From: an uncultured Chloroflexia bacterium
GTDB taxonomy: Bacteria; Chloroflexota; Limnocylindria; QHBO01
DNA: 64,000 bases
Assembly: GCA_963750025.1 (NCBI GenBank)
Contig: CAVVPF010000002.1
Location: 20,081 to 84,080, forward strand
Direction of reading: 5' to 3'
Below, one piece after another: positions 26,839 to 38,916 of this stretch. The notes under the pieces were generated by a model that did not search any database, was not told the origin of the DNA, and was given only the letters and a program-made list of their open reading frames with translations. Both the position numbers and the translations under genes were made by a program. Positions within the stretch are counted from its first letter, which is position 1. Each line of letters opens with the position of its first letter.

Positions 26839-27840
26839 TCAGCCCGCCGCGTAGGGTGCGGCCAGCAGCTCGACGAGCAGCGCCTGCTGCACGTACAGAC
26901 GGTTCTCCGCCTGGTCGAGCACGATGGACGCCGGCCCGTCGAGCACGCTGCCCGCGATCTCCTGGCCGCGGTGCGCCGGCAGGCAGTGCATCACCCGGGC
27001 CCCGGGTGCGGCGGCGAGCAGCTCATCGTTCACCTGGAAGCCGGCGAACGCCGCGCGCCGAGCCTCGGCCTCGGCCTCGGCTCCCATGCTCGTCCACGCG
27101 TCGGTGTACACCGCGTCCGCACCTCGCACCGCCGCGCGCGGATCGGTTCCGACCACGATGCGCCCTCCGCTCAGGCGGGCGAGGCGCTGTGCCTGGGCCA
27201 CGATCTGGGGGTCGGGCGCATAGCCGGCGGGGGTCGCCACCCGCACCTCGAGCCCGCACAGCGCTCCGCTGAGCAGCAGCGAGTGACAGACGTTGTTCCC
27301 GTCGCTGATGAAGGCCAGGACGCGGCCGAGCAGCGGTCCGAGATGCTGGCGCAGGGCCAGCATGTCCGCCAGCGCCTGACACGGGTGCTCGCGATCGTCG
27401 AGGGCATTCACCACCGGGACCGATGCCGCCGCCGCCATCTCGAGCAGGGTGGCATGGCTGGCCGTCCGCAGCACGATGGCGTCGACCCAGCGGGACAGGT
27501 TGCGGCCGACGTCGGCGGCCGTCTCGCGGCGGCCGACCTGCACCTCGTCCGGGCCGAGGTAGACGGCATGCCCGCCGAGGAGCTGGATCCCCACGTCGAA
27601 GCTGACGCGGGTCCGCAGGCTCGGTCGCTCGAAGAGCAGCGCGATCTGACGGCCGTCGAGCAGCCGTGGCACGCGGCCGCTTCGGCGGGCGGCACGCAGC
27701 GCCTCGGCTCGGGTGAGCAGTCGCTCGATGCCGAGCGGCTCGAAGTCGGCGGCGGACAGAAGGTGGAGAGGCGCCGCGGCAGCATCGTGGGCGGGGCTGC
27801 GGGTAGGCGAGGCTGGCCGCTGGGCGAGGGGGGCGGTCAC
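26839..27840 (-). CDS. argF: Ornithine carbamoyltransferase
   Basis: SLRTRVSF, HPCQALAD and HCLPAHRG motifs. The GTG at 27840 overlaps the argD stop (GTGA). Confidence 0.9.
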   Translation of the reverse strand: MTAPLAQRPASPTRSPAHDAAAAPLHLLSAADFEPLGIERLLTRAEALRAARRSGRVPRLLDGRQIALLFERPSLRTRVSFDVGIQLLGGHAVYLGPDEVQVGRRETAADVGRNLSRWVDAIVLRTASHATLLEMAAAASVPVVNALDDREHPCQALADMLALRQHLGPLLGRVLAFISDGNNVCHSLLLSGALCGLEVRVATPAGYAPDPQIVAQAQRLARLSGGRIVVGTDPRAAVRGADAVYTDAWTSMGAEAEAEARRAAFAGFQVNDELLAAAPGARVMHCLPAHRGQEIAGSVLDGPASIVLDQAENRLYVQQALLVELLAAPYAAG

Positions 27841-29041
27841 GCCACCGCCTCCAGCGCGCGCCCCAGCCGCGCGAGCGCCTCGTCGACCTCGGCGGCGCTG
27901 ATGGTGAGCGGTGGGACCAGGCGCAGGGTGGTATCGCCGGTGGCATTCACCAGCAGCCGCTGGTCGTCCCGGGCGACGGCGACCGCGTGCTTGGCCCACG
28001 GACCGGCCGTCTCCAGCCCGAGCAGCAGCCCGCGGCCACGAACCTCGGTCGCCAGCCCCTCAGCGACGAAGCGCGCCAGGCCGGCGGCGAGCTGTGCTCC
28101 GCGATCCCGGGCGTTCTCGACGAGCCGCTCGGCGTCGATCACCCCGAGCGTCGCCAGCGCGGCGGCGCAGGCCAGCGGGTTGCCACCCAGCGTTGTCCCG
28201 TGGTCGCCGAGCTGGAAGGCGGCCGCCGCTTCGCGGACCAGCAGCGCCCCGATGGGCACGCCACCGCCCAGCCCCTTGGCCAGGGTGACGGCATCGGGGG
28301 CGACGGGCGTCCCCTCGAAGGCGTAGAAGGTGCCGGTGCGGCCCATGCCGGTCTGCACCTCGTCGAAGATGAGCAGCGCTCCGGATCGGTCACAGGCGGC
28401 GCGGGCGGCCGCCAGGTAGGCGTCGTCGAGTGGCCGCACACCGGCCTCGCCCTGGATCGGCTCCAACAGGACGGCGCAGGTCGCGTCGGAGACGGCGGCC
28501 TCCAGGGCAGCGATGTCGTTGAGGGGGACGTGCGTGAACCCGCCGGGCAGTGGGGCGAACGGCTCGCTGTACTTCGGCTGGCCGGTGGCGGCCAGCGAGC
28601 CCAGGGTCCGGCCGTGGAACGAGCCGAGGAGGGATACCACCTCGGCTGCGTCGCGCGCCCGCCCGTGACGCCGCGCCAGCTTGATGGCGGCCTCGTTCGC
28701 CTCGGTCCCCGAGTTGACGAAGAAGGCGCGGTCGAACGGCGAGCGCTCAACCAGCCGCTCGGCCAGCTCGAGCTGCGGGAGGGTGTAGTACAGGTTCGAG
28801 ACCTGGAGCAGGGTGCGCGCCTGGGCGCTGATCGCCTCGGCCACCCTTGGATGCGCATGACCGAGGACGGCCACCGCGATGCCGGCCACGCAGTCGAGGT
28901 AGCGGTTGCCGGCTTCATCCCAGACCCAGCTTCCCACGCCGCGCACGATGGTGAGCGGCTGGCGCGGGTAGACCTGAAGGTGGACCCGGGCCTCGCGGCG
29001 CGCCGCATCGGTGCCGGTGCCGGCCGGCGCCATCGGTCCGG

Positions 29042-29045
<4 letters not shown>
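27837..29045 (-). CDS. argD: Acetylornithine aminotransferase
   Basis: Class-III aminotransferase motifs (FFVNSGTEANEAAIKLAR, IFDEVQTGMGRTG). ATG at 29045. Confidence 0.9.
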
Positions 29046-30837
<1,792 letters not shown>

Positions 30838-30841
<4 letters not shown>

Positions 30842-31341
30842 GCCGAGGTCCTCATCGGTTCAGCGGGATGCGAGGCGACGCCCCGCAGCGACTCGAACTG
30901 GGCGCGGAGCCTGTGGAGGGACGCGAGGTCGCGACAGGCGACGAAGATCGTGTCGTCGCCGGCGACCGTGCCGACCACGCCCGGCAGGAAGCCGAGGTCG
31001 ATCGCCGAGGCCATGACGTGGGCAGCACCGGGGGCGGTGCGCAGCACCAGCAGCGGCGGCGCCTCGTCGATGATCAGTGGCAGGTCGGCGATCAGGTGCC
31101 GCAGCCGGTCGAGGCCCGTCGCCTCCGGCACGCCCAGCACGTCGTCCGGCAGCAGGTAGGCGACCGACCCACCCCGCGTCCCGCGCAGCGCGCCCAGGGC
31201 CGCCAGGTCGCGCGAGACGGTGGCCTGGGTGGCGGTGATGCCTCGTTCCGCGAGCGCGGCGACAATTTCGGCCTGGGAGTGGAAGCGACCGGTGGCCACC
31301 AGTTGGCGGACCACCTCGCGACGGGTCGAGCTGCTGTTCAT
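30838..31341 (-). CDS. argR: Arginine repressor
   Basis: N-terminal wHTH is SQAEIVAALAERGITATQATVSRDL. The C-terminal oligomerisation domain contains GTVAGDDTIFV. Confidence 0.9.
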
Positions 31342-32117
31342 GAAACCTCCCTAACAGCGCCGGCGACACCTGGCGCCACGATGGCCGTTCCAACCGACCG
31401 GCCGATGAGGGCCGCCTCCACTTGCGCGGTGGACTGCCCATCGATGATGAGGACCTCGCATCCCGCCCGCGCCGCGGCGATGGCGGCGCGCAGCTTGGGG
31501 CGCATCCCGGCGTCTGCCTCGCCGCTGTCGAGCATCTGCTGCGCGGCGTCCAGGTCGAGCTCGCTCACCGGCCGGCCTCCGCGCTGGACGGCGGGCACAT
31601 TGGTACACAGCACCAGCCGCCCGCCGCGCGCGGCGGCGATGGCGCCGGCAACCGCGTCGCCGTTGACGTTGTAGAGGCTCCCAGCGATGGCCCCGATCGG
31701 TGCCACCACCGGCGTCAGGCCGCCCTCCAGCAGCGTGTCGAGCGGGCCGCTCTCGACCCGCACAACCTCCGCCACGCGGCCGAGCGAGGGGTCGGCCGGC
31801 CGCAGCTCGAGCAGCCCGCCAGCGGCCCCGGTCAGGCCGGCCGCCGGGCGGCCGGCAGCGGCCAGGTGCGCGACCAGGCGTGCGTTCACCAGCCCGGCCA
31901 GCACGGCAACGACGACGTCGAGCGTCTCGTCATCGGTCACGCGCAGGCCGTCGTGGAACCGCGGCTCGAGCCCCAGCCGCCGCGACCAGGTCCCGATCTC
32001 CTGACCGCCGCCGTGAACGATCACGCAGTCGCGGCCCGCCTGCGAGGCGATCAGGCCCAGCACGTCCAGCTGCCGACCGGCGCTCCCGCCGAGCTTGATG
32101 GTCAATGCGCCGCTCAT
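31338..32117 (-). CDS. argB: Acetylglutamate kinase
   Basis: IKLGGS, VIVHGGG and NVNGD motifs. Confidence 0.9.
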   Translation of the reverse strand: MSGALTIKLGGSAGRQLDVLGLIASQAGRDCVIVHGGGQEIGTWSRRLGLEPRFHDGLRVTDDETLDVVVAVLAGLVNARLVAHLAAAGRPAAGLTGAAGGLLELRPADPSLGRVAEVVRVESGPLDTLLEGGLTPVVAPIGAIAGSLYNVNGDAVAGAIAAARGGRLVLCTNVPAVQRGGRPVSELDLDAAQQMLDSGEADAGMRPKLRAAIAAARAGCEVLIIDGQSTAQVEAALIGRSVGTAIVAPGVAGAVREVS

Positions 32118-33346
32118 GTCCGGTACTCGCTGTTGATGGCGACATAGGCGGCCGACAGGTCGCAGCCCCAGGCCTCGCCGCGCCCGCTGCCGAGGTGCAG
32201 GTCGATCCCCAGCTGCACGACCTCGGCGAGCAGCGCCCGGCTGGCGCGCGCCTCATCGAACGGCTGCGGCTCGCCGTCGTAGACGAGCTGGTCGCCGATG
32301 CGGATCGCCAGGAGCTCGGGGTCGAGCCGGGCTCCCGATTGACCGGCGGCCGAGGCGATGCGTCCCCAGTTCGGGTCGCCGCCGTGCACCGCGGCTTTGA
32401 CGAGGTTCGAGGTGGCCACCGCCCTGGCCAGCAGCCGCGCCTCCTCGTCGCTGGCCGCGCCGTCGACCAGGACGTCGATGCGCGACCGGGCGCCCTCTCC
32501 ATCGGCGGCGATCTGCCGGGCCAGGCTGCGGCAGACCGCCGCCACGCCGTCACCCAGGGCGTCTGCCGCCTCGCTGACCGGATCGACCGGACTCCCAGGG
32601 GCCGCCCCGCTGGCGAGCAGGAAGACCGCATCGTTGGTCGAGGTGTCGCCGTCGACGCTGACCTGGTTGAAGCTGCGGTCGACCGCCTCGCGCAGCAGCT
32701 GGCCCAGGAGCGCGGGCGTCGCCTGCGCATCGGTCGTCAGCAGGGCCAGCATGGTGGCCATCCGCGGGTGGATCATGCCGGCCCCCTTCGCCATGCCGCC
32801 CACCGTCAGCGTCCGCCCGTCGGCGAGCTCCACCCGGACGGCAGCCTGCTTCGGCCGCGTGTCGGTGGTCATGATCGCCGTCGCGGCGGCCAACCCGGAT
32901 GCGGCGTCGGCCCCCAGCTCGAGAGCGGGGATGGCCGCCTCGATGCGGTCCACCTGGAGCCGCGACCCGATGAGGCCGGTCGAGGCCGGCAGCACCTGGC
33001 CGGGGTCGCAGCCGATGGCCCGCGCTACGGCCGCCGTCACGCACCGCGCGTCGTCGATGCCGGCGCGGGCGGTCCCGGCGTTCGCGCAGCCGGCGTTGAT
33101 CACCACCGCCCGCGCGCGTCCGGCGCTCTCGGCCAGCACCTCGCGCGCCACGAGCACCGGGGCGGCGGCGAAACGGTTGGTGGTGAAGACGGCGGCGGCC
33201 GCGGCGGCGTCGCCGCTGGTGGCAACCACCGCGAGGTCGGGGGCCGGTCGCGTGCGCAGACCGGCGGTGGCGGCCCCCGCCACGAACCCGGCCGCGGCGG
33301 TCACGCCGCCCTCGATCGGTGTCACGCTGAACGGCCTCACGCTCAT
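32114..33346 (-). CDS. argJ: Bifunctional ornithine acetyltransferase / N-acetylglutamate synthase
   Basis: GFVAGAATAGL, the autoprocessing site region MLALLTTDA and the C-terminal YVAINSEYRT. Confidence 0.9.
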   Translation of the reverse strand: MSVRPFSVTPIEGGVTAAAGFVAGAATAGLRTRPAPDLAVVATSGDAAAAAAVFTTNRFAAAPVLVAREVLAESAGRARAVVINAGCANAGTARAGIDDARCVTAAVARAIGCDPGQVLPASTGLIGSRLQVDRIEAAIPALELGADAASGLAAATAIMTTDTRPKQAAVRVELADGRTLTVGGMAKGAGMIHPRMATMLALLTTDAQATPALLGQLLREAVDRSFNQVSVDGDTSTNDAVFLLASGAAPGSPVDPVSEAADALGDGVAAVCRSLARQIAADGEGARSRIDVLVDGAASDEEARLLARAVATSNLVKAAVHGGDPNWGRIASAAGQSGARLDPELLAIRIGDQLVYDGEPQPFDEARASRALLAEVVQLGIDLHLGSGRGEAWGCDLSAAYVAINSEYRT

Positions 33347-34368
33347 GGGTGCACCGCCACGCCCTCGAGACCGGCCGTCTCCGGCAGGCCCAGGGCCAGG
33401 TTCATGTTCTGGATCGCCTGGCCGGCGGCGCCCTTGCCCATGTTGTCGATCGCCGCCAGCACCACCGCCCGTCGCGGCCCGATGCGGACCGCATGGAGGA
33501 AGGCGTAATTCGTGCCCCAGGTGAGCTTCGACGAGGGCGAGACGTCGAGGACATGGACGAACGGCGCCTGCGCGTAGGCGTCACACAGGAGTGCGGTCAA
33601 CGCGTCCGAGCTGGTCTCCTCGGCGAGCTCCACGTGGCAGGTGGCCAGGATCCCGCGCAGCTGCGGCACCAGGTGCGGCACGAACGTGACCGATGGCTCC
33701 GCCCCGCCGGCGGCCTGCAGCCCCTGCACGAGCTCGGGCAGGTGCCGATGGCCGTCCAGCCCGTAGGCCCGCGTCCCGCCGTCGAGCTCGGTGAAGAGGA
33801 ACGCGTCGCCGGCGCCGCGGCCGGCGCCGCTGATCCCGGACTTGGCGTCGACGACCACGTGCCCGCCGATCAGCCCGGCCGCGGCCAGCGGCGCCAGGGC
33901 GAGCAGCGCGGCGGTCGGGTAGCAGCCGGGGTTGGCGATCAGCGTCGCCCCCGGCAGCGCGTCGCGCGCCCATTCGCTCAGCCCGTACACGGCGCGCGCC
34001 AGCGCGGACGGCGCCGGGTGCTCGAAGCCGTACCAGGTCGGGTAGGCCGATGGGTCGCGCAGCCGGAGGTCGGAGCCGATGTCGACCACCGTCGTGCCGC
34101 CGGCCTCCAGCCGCACCGCCAGCTCCGCTGAATGGCCGGCAGGGAGCGCCAGGAAGGCCACCTCCACGCCCGGCGCCGGATCGCCGCCGGAGAACACCAG
34201 GCCCAGTGGGGCGAGATGCGGGAATGTGGCGGCCAGCGGCAAGCCCTCGCGGTCACGGGCGTGCAGCGAGGCGATCTCCACCTGCGGGTGGGCCGAGAGC
34301 AGGCGGACGAGCTCGCCGCCCGCGTAGCCGCTGGCGCCGACGACCGCAGCCGAGATGCGCCGCGTCAT
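33343..34368 (-). CDS. argC: N-acetyl-gamma-glutamyl-phosphate reductase
   Basis: VVGASGYAGGELVRLL and active-site NPGCYPTA. ATG at 34368. Confidence 0.9.
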   Translation of the reverse strand: MTRRISAAVVGASGYAGGELVRLLSAHPQVEIASLHARDREGLPLAATFPHLAPLGLVFSGGDPAPGVEVAFLALPAGHSAELAVRLEAGGTTVVDIGSDLRLRDPSAYPTWYGFEHPAPSALARAVYGLSEWARDALPGATLIANPGCYPTAALLALAPLAAAGLIGGHVVVDAKSGISGAGRGAGDAFLFTELDGGTRAYGLDGHRHLPELVQGLQAAGGAEPSVTFVPHLVPQLRGILATCHVELAEETSSDALTALLCDAYAQAPFVHVLDVSPSSKLTWGTNYAFLHAVRIGPRRAVVLAAIDNMGKGAAGQAIQNMNLALGLPETAGLEGVAVHP

Positions 34369-35786
34369 GCCCCCGCTCCGGCCACGACCTCGGATGCGAT
34401 GGCGAGGCGCTCCGCGGCCGCCTGGACTGCGCCGCGCACCCGCGCTGGCGCCGTCCCGCCGATGAGGTCGGCCGCCGCCAGCGCCTCCTCGACGGTGGGG
34501 ACGATCGTCGGTCGATCGCCAAGCTCCGGCAGCGCGGCCCGCAGCTCGGCGTCGGGCAGCTCCGCGACGTCGAGCCCACGCGCCTCGGCCTCCGCCACCA
34601 GCTCGCCGACCCGCCGGTGCGCGGCCCGGAATGGCACGCCCGCGGCGAGCAGACGCTCGGCGAGGCTTACCGCCAGCCCGTGACCGGCGGTCGCCGCCCG
34701 CCGCATGGCCGCCCGGTCGAAGGCGACGTCGGCGAACATGGCGTCCATCGCGGCGACGCTGAGCGCCAGCGAGCTCGCCGCCTCGAGCATCGGCCCGCGC
34801 GACTCCTGGAAGTCGCGGTGGTAGGCCAGCGGCAGCCCATCGGTCAGGGCCAGCAGGGAGGTGACGGCTGCCTGGCAGCGGGCCGCCCTGGCGCGCACCA
34901 GCTCGGCAGCGTCGGGGTTGCGCTTGTTGGGCAGCATCGAGCTGCCGGAGACGAAGCCATCGGCCAGGCGGGCGAAGCCCAGGTAGGGGGTGACCCACAG
35001 CACCAGCTCGCCGGCCAGGCGGGAGAGGTGCCCGGCCGCGATGGCGCAGGCCGCGACCAGCTCGACCGCGTAGTCGCGATCGGCGACCGCGTCGAGCGAG
35101 TTGGCGGTCGGGGCGGAGAAGCCCAGGCGCTGGGCGACGCGCTGGCGGTCGATCGGCAGGCCGCTGCCGACGGCCGCCCCGGAGCCGGCCGGACAGCGGT
35201 CGGCGCGTGACGCGAGGTCGGCGAGGCGGCCGCGGTCGCGGTCGAGCATCTCGACGTAGGCGAGCAGGTGATGGGCCAGCAGCACGGGCTGCGCCGGCTG
35301 CGTATGGGTATGCGCCGGGAGCACGGTCTCCAGCTCCTCCGCCGCCCGGCGCACCAGCGTGCGCTGGAGGGAGAGCAGCAGGCCGTCGAGTTCGGCCACC
35401 GCGCCGCGCAGCCAGAGCCGCTCGTCGGTGACGATCTCCTCGTTGCGGCTGCGCCCGGCTTGGAGCTGCCCGGCCAGCTCGGCGCCGACCTCGTCGCGCA
35501 CGGCCGCCTCGACGTTCATGTGGATGTCCTCGTCGAGAGCGCTCCAGGCGAACGTGCCGCCCGCGATCCGGTCACCGACCGAGCGCAGGGCGCGGTCGAG
35601 CGTCTCGCGTCCGCCGGCATCAAGCAGGCCCAGGTGCTCGAGCTCGGCCACGTGCGCCCGCGACGCCTCGATGTCGAATGCGGCGAGCGGCAGGTCGACG
35701 CTGGCCGACCCCGAAAGCTGGAGAAGCAGCTCGCTGGGTCCGCCTGGCGTCCGGCCGGCGAGGAGCCCGCGCTGGGAATCTGGCAT
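34365..35786 (-). CDS. argH: Argininosuccinate lyase
   Basis: HTHTQPAQP and GSSMLPNKRNPD signature. The start is taken at MPDSQRG (35786). In-frame ATGs at 35810, 35858 and 35882 are alternatives. Confidence 0.85.
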   Translation of the reverse strand: MPDSQRGLLAGRTPGGPSELLLQLSGSASVDLPLAAFDIEASRAHVAELEHLGLLDAGGRETLDRALRSVGDRIAGGTFAWSALDEDIHMNVEAAVRDEVGAELAGQLQAGRSRNEEIVTDERLWLRGAVAELDGLLLSLQRTLVRRAAEELETVLPAHTHTQPAQPVLLAHHLLAYVEMLDRDRGRLADLASRADRCPAGSGAAVGSGLPIDRQRVAQRLGFSAPTANSLDAVADRDYAVELVAACAIAAGHLSRLAGELVLWVTPYLGFARLADGFVSGSSMLPNKRNPDAAELVRARAARCQAAVTSLLALTDGLPLAYHRDFQESRGPMLEAASSLALSVAAMDAMFADVAFDRAAMRRAATAGHGLAVSLAERLLAAGVPFRAAHRRVGELVAEAEARGLDVAELPDAELRAALPELGDRPTIVPTVEEALAAADLIGGTAPARVRGAVQAAAERLAIASEVVAGAGA

Positions 35787-35878
35787 GGGTGCATACAAAT
35801 ACCATGCCATGCCTATCCATGCAAGCTCGGCGTTGGCCGAATTGAGGGGAGCGCTCATGGCGTGACCGGGCCTGGTGC

Positions 35879-37153
35879 TCATGCCCAGTTCGGCAGGCGC
35901 TGAGCGGTGAGCAGCTCCTCGGGCTCGACGCGTCGGCGGATCAGCTCCGCCCGCCCTGCGCGGACAGCCACCTCGGCCGGGGTGGGGTGCGACAGGAAGG
36001 CAGGCATCGCCTCACTGAAGCCGTAAGCGCCCAGGTCGCAGACGGCGACCAGGTCGCCGGGCTCGGGCACGAGGTCGATGCCGCCGGGGAAGACGTCGAG
36101 CCCAGTGCACAACGGGCCGGCGACCAGCACCGGGTCACCGGTGGCGGCCGGCCGCCGCCCGGCGCGCAGCAGTCGCAGCCGATGCCCGTCGCCGACCAGG
36201 ACCGGGCGCAGGGCGTGGTGGATGCCGGCGTCGAGGACGGCGACCTCCCGACCGCCGACCCGCTTGCGGTCGAGCACCCGGGCCAGCAGCAGGCCGCACG
36301 GCGCGGTCAGGTAGCGGCCCGGCTCGAGCAGGACCGGCAGCTCGGCGAGGTCGGGGTCGGCCGCCCAGCCGGCGGCCAGGACCGCCAGCCGCTGGCCCAG
36401 CCGATCCAGGTCGAGCGGCGGCTCGCCGTCCCGATATGGCACCCCCAGGCCGCCGCCGACGTCGACCAGGCGCAGCCCGAAGCCCACCCGGCGGGCAAGG
36501 GCGACGGCGGCATCCATCGTGCGGGCCACGTGGGCCGCGATGGCGTCCGCATCGGTGACGTTCGAGGCGCCGAAGGCGTGCAGCCCGAGCAGGTCGAGCC
36601 ACGGCGAGGCGCACGCGCGCCGAGCCACGCTCTCCAGCTCGCCCGGGTCGATCCCGAACTTGCGCCACCCCCCGCCCAAGATGGGGGTCGCCTCCGCCCC
36701 GCCGTCGACCGCCATCCGCAGCAGGATCGCCACGACCCGGCCGGCGTCCGCCGCAGCGCGCTCGAGCCGGGCCAGCTCGCCGGCCGACTCGACGGTCACG
36801 GCCCGCAGCCCGGCAGCGACCGCGGCGGCCAGCTCGGCGTCGCGCTTGCCTGGCCCGGTGAACACGATCCGCCCGGGGGCGATCCCGACGCGCGACGCGG
36901 CGTGCAGCTCGCCGCCGGATGCGACGTCGAGCCCCAGGCCCAGCCGGCTCATCAGCGCCAGCACCGCCAGGGCAGGATTGGCCTTGGCGGCGTAAGCCAG
37001 CTCGAAGGTCGGCGGCAGCGCGGCGCGCAGCGTGGCCACCCGGGCAGCGACCGCGTCCAGGTCGTAGACGTAGAGCGGGGTGCCGAACTCCGCGGCCAGC
37101 GCCTCGGCCTCGAGGCCGGCGATGTGCCCGTCGCCGACGGCGATGACGGTCAT
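35879..37153 (-). CDS. lysA: Diaminopimelate decarboxylase
   Basis: YAAKANP, GGGLGVPY and CDLGAYG motifs. ATG at 37153 overlaps the dapD stop. Confidence 0.9.
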   Translation of the reverse strand: MTVIAVGDGHIAGLEAEALAAEFGTPLYVYDLDAVAARVATLRAALPPTFELAYAAKANPALAVLALMSRLGLGLDVASGGELHAASRVGIAPGRIVFTGPGKRDAELAAAVAAGLRAVTVESAGELARLERAAADAGRVVAILLRMAVDGGAEATPILGGGWRKFGIDPGELESVARRACASPWLDLLGLHAFGASNVTDADAIAAHVARTMDAAVALARRVGFGLRLVDVGGGLGVPYRDGEPPLDLDRLGQRLAVLAAGWAADPDLAELPVLLEPGRYLTAPCGLLLARVLDRKRVGGREVAVLDAGIHHALRPVLVGDGHRLRLLRAGRRPAATGDPVLVAGPLCTGLDVFPGGIDLVPEPGDLVAVCDLGAYGFSEAMPAFLSHPTPAEVAVRAGRAELIRRRVEPEELLTAQRLPNWA

Positions 37154-37914
37154 CGCAGCGCCGTCTCGAGTGCCACTCGGGCATCGGTCCGTGCATCGCG
37201 CCGCTTGGCGATGATGGCGGTGGCCACGCCGAGGCCGTGCTCGGCGGCGAAGCTGCCGGCCAGGGCCCGGGTGCCGGGCACCAGCACCGCGCCGGCCGGC
37301 ACCACCAGCGGCGCCTCGGGGCTGCCGACCGCGACGCGCTCGGCGACGAGGTCGTACAGGCGGCTGGTGCCGGTCAGCATCACCCCTGCCGCCAGCACCG
37401 CCCCGCGCTGGACGAGGACGCCTTCGAACAGCCCGCAGCCGGCGCCGATGAAGGCCTGGTCCTCGACGATCACCGGCCGCGCCCCGGGCGGCTCCAGTAC
37501 GCCGCCGATCTGGACCCCCGCCGCCAGGTGCACCCGCTCTCCGATCTGGGCGCACGAGCCGACCAGCACGTGCGAGTCGATCATCGTGCCCGCCCCGATC
37601 CAGGCCCCGATGTTCACGAACGAGGGTGGCATGACCACCACCTCGCGGCCGAGATGGGCGCCCGCCCGGATGCTGCTGCCACCGGGCACGACCCGCACGC
37701 CGTCCAGGCTGGCGCGGGTCGGCAGCGCGGCGCGGTCCCGAAAGCGGAGCAGGCCGCCGAGCTCCCAGTCACGGTGGTCGGGCTGCCCGAATAGGTCGAG
37801 GATGGCGCGCTTCACGTCTGGGTCGATCCGCCAGCCGTCCGGCGCGGCGGGGTCCGGCCAGGCCGCCCGGCGGCGGCCCGCCTCGAGCTCGGCCAGCAGC
37901 TCGACCCCGCTCAT
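37150..37914 (-). CDS. dapD: Tetrahydrodipicolinate N-acyltransferase (DapD/DapH family, hexapeptide repeats)
   Basis: Left-handed beta-helix hexapeptide repeats (IGAWIGAGTMIDSHVLVGSCAQIGERVHLAAGVQIGG). It lies between dapA and lysA. Succinyl versus acetyl specificity is not determinable here. Confidence 0.75.
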   Translation of the reverse strand: MSGVELLAELEAGRRRAAWPDPAAPDGWRIDPDVKRAILDLFGQPDHRDWELGGLLRFRDRAALPTRASLDGVRVVPGGSSIRAGAHLGREVVVMPPSFVNIGAWIGAGTMIDSHVLVGSCAQIGERVHLAAGVQIGGVLEPPGARPVIVEDQAFIGAGCGLFEGVLVQRGAVLAAGVMLTGTSRLYDLVAERVAVGSPEAPLVVPAGAVLVPGTRALAGSFAAEHGLGVATAIIAKRRDARTDARVALETALR

Positions 37915-38891
37915 GCCGATCCTCCGGCCACGGCGAGCGCTGGCTGCGGAGCGAGCGCCAGGCCCGCCTCGCGCAGCACGCCGGCCAGGCGCACCCGGTC
38001 GCCCTCCTCCAGCGGCAGCAGCGGCAGGCGCAACGTGTCGGTGGCAAGGCCCATCAGCCCCAGGGCGGCCTTGACCGGCACCGGGTTCGGGCCGCCGGCG
38101 AAGTTGGCGCGGAAGAGCGGCAACCAGCGGGCGTGGATCGCCCGCGCCCGGTCCCAATCACCGGCGGCGCCGGCGTCGCACAGCGCCACCATCTCGGTCG
38201 GGATCTCGTTGCTGGCGACCGACACCACCCCGTCGCCGCCGAGGGCCAGTAGCGGCAGCGTCCAGAGGTCGTCGCCGGCGAGCACCGCGAAGCCCGACGG
38301 CCGCTCGCGCAGCACGAGCGCGATCTGGTCGAGGCTGTTCGAGGCCTCCTTGACGCCCACGACGCGCGGGTGCTCGGCGAGCCGCAGCAGGGTCGCCGCC
38401 TCGATGTTCGAGGCCGTCCGCGACGGGACGTTGTAGACGACGATCGGCAGGTCGCCCTCGTCGGCGACGGCCCGGTAGTGGGCCTCGAGCATGGCCTGGT
38501 TGGGGCGGTTGTAGTAGGGGGCCACGACGAGTGCCGCGTCGGCCCCCAACTCCGCGGCCCGCCGCGTGGCGCGGATGGTGGCGGCGGTATCGTTGGTGCC
38601 GGTGCCGGCCAGCACGGTGGGGTGGGCCGCACCACTGCTGGCCGCGGCCAGCTCAACCGTCACGCGGATCAGCCGCTCGCGCTCGGCGGCCGACAGGGTC
38701 GGCGACTCGCCGGTGGTGCCGCATGGCACCAGGCCACTGATGCCGGCCGCCACCTGGCGCTCGACCAGGCGCCGGAAGGCCGCCTCGTCGAGCGCGCCGT
38801 CGGCGGTGAAGGGCGTCACCAGGGCGGTGAAGGCCCCCGACAGGTGGGTGCCGCCGGGAGTGACCGGCAGGCAGGGGGGATGGATGGTCAT
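37911..38891 (-). CDS. dapA: 4-hydroxy-tetrahydrodipicolinate synthase
   Basis: VPCGTTGES, YNVPSRT and VGVKEAS motifs. Confidence 0.9.
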   Translation of the reverse strand: MTIHPPCLPVTPGGTHLSGAFTALVTPFTADGALDEAAFRRLVERQVAAGISGLVPCGTTGESPTLSAAERERLIRVTVELAAASSGAAHPTVLAGTGTNDTAATIRATRRAAELGADAALVVAPYYNRPNQAMLEAHYRAVADEGDLPIVVYNVPSRTASNIEAATLLRLAEHPRVVGVKEASNSLDQIALVLRERPSGFAVLAGDDLWTLPLLALGGDGVVSVASNEIPTEMVALCDAGAAGDWDRARAIHARWLPLFRANFAGGPNPVPVKAALGLMGLATDTLRLPLLPLEEGDRVRLAGVLREAGLALAPQPALAVAGGSA

Positions 38892-38916
38892 CGGTGTCTC
38901 CTTTGTGTGCGCCGGC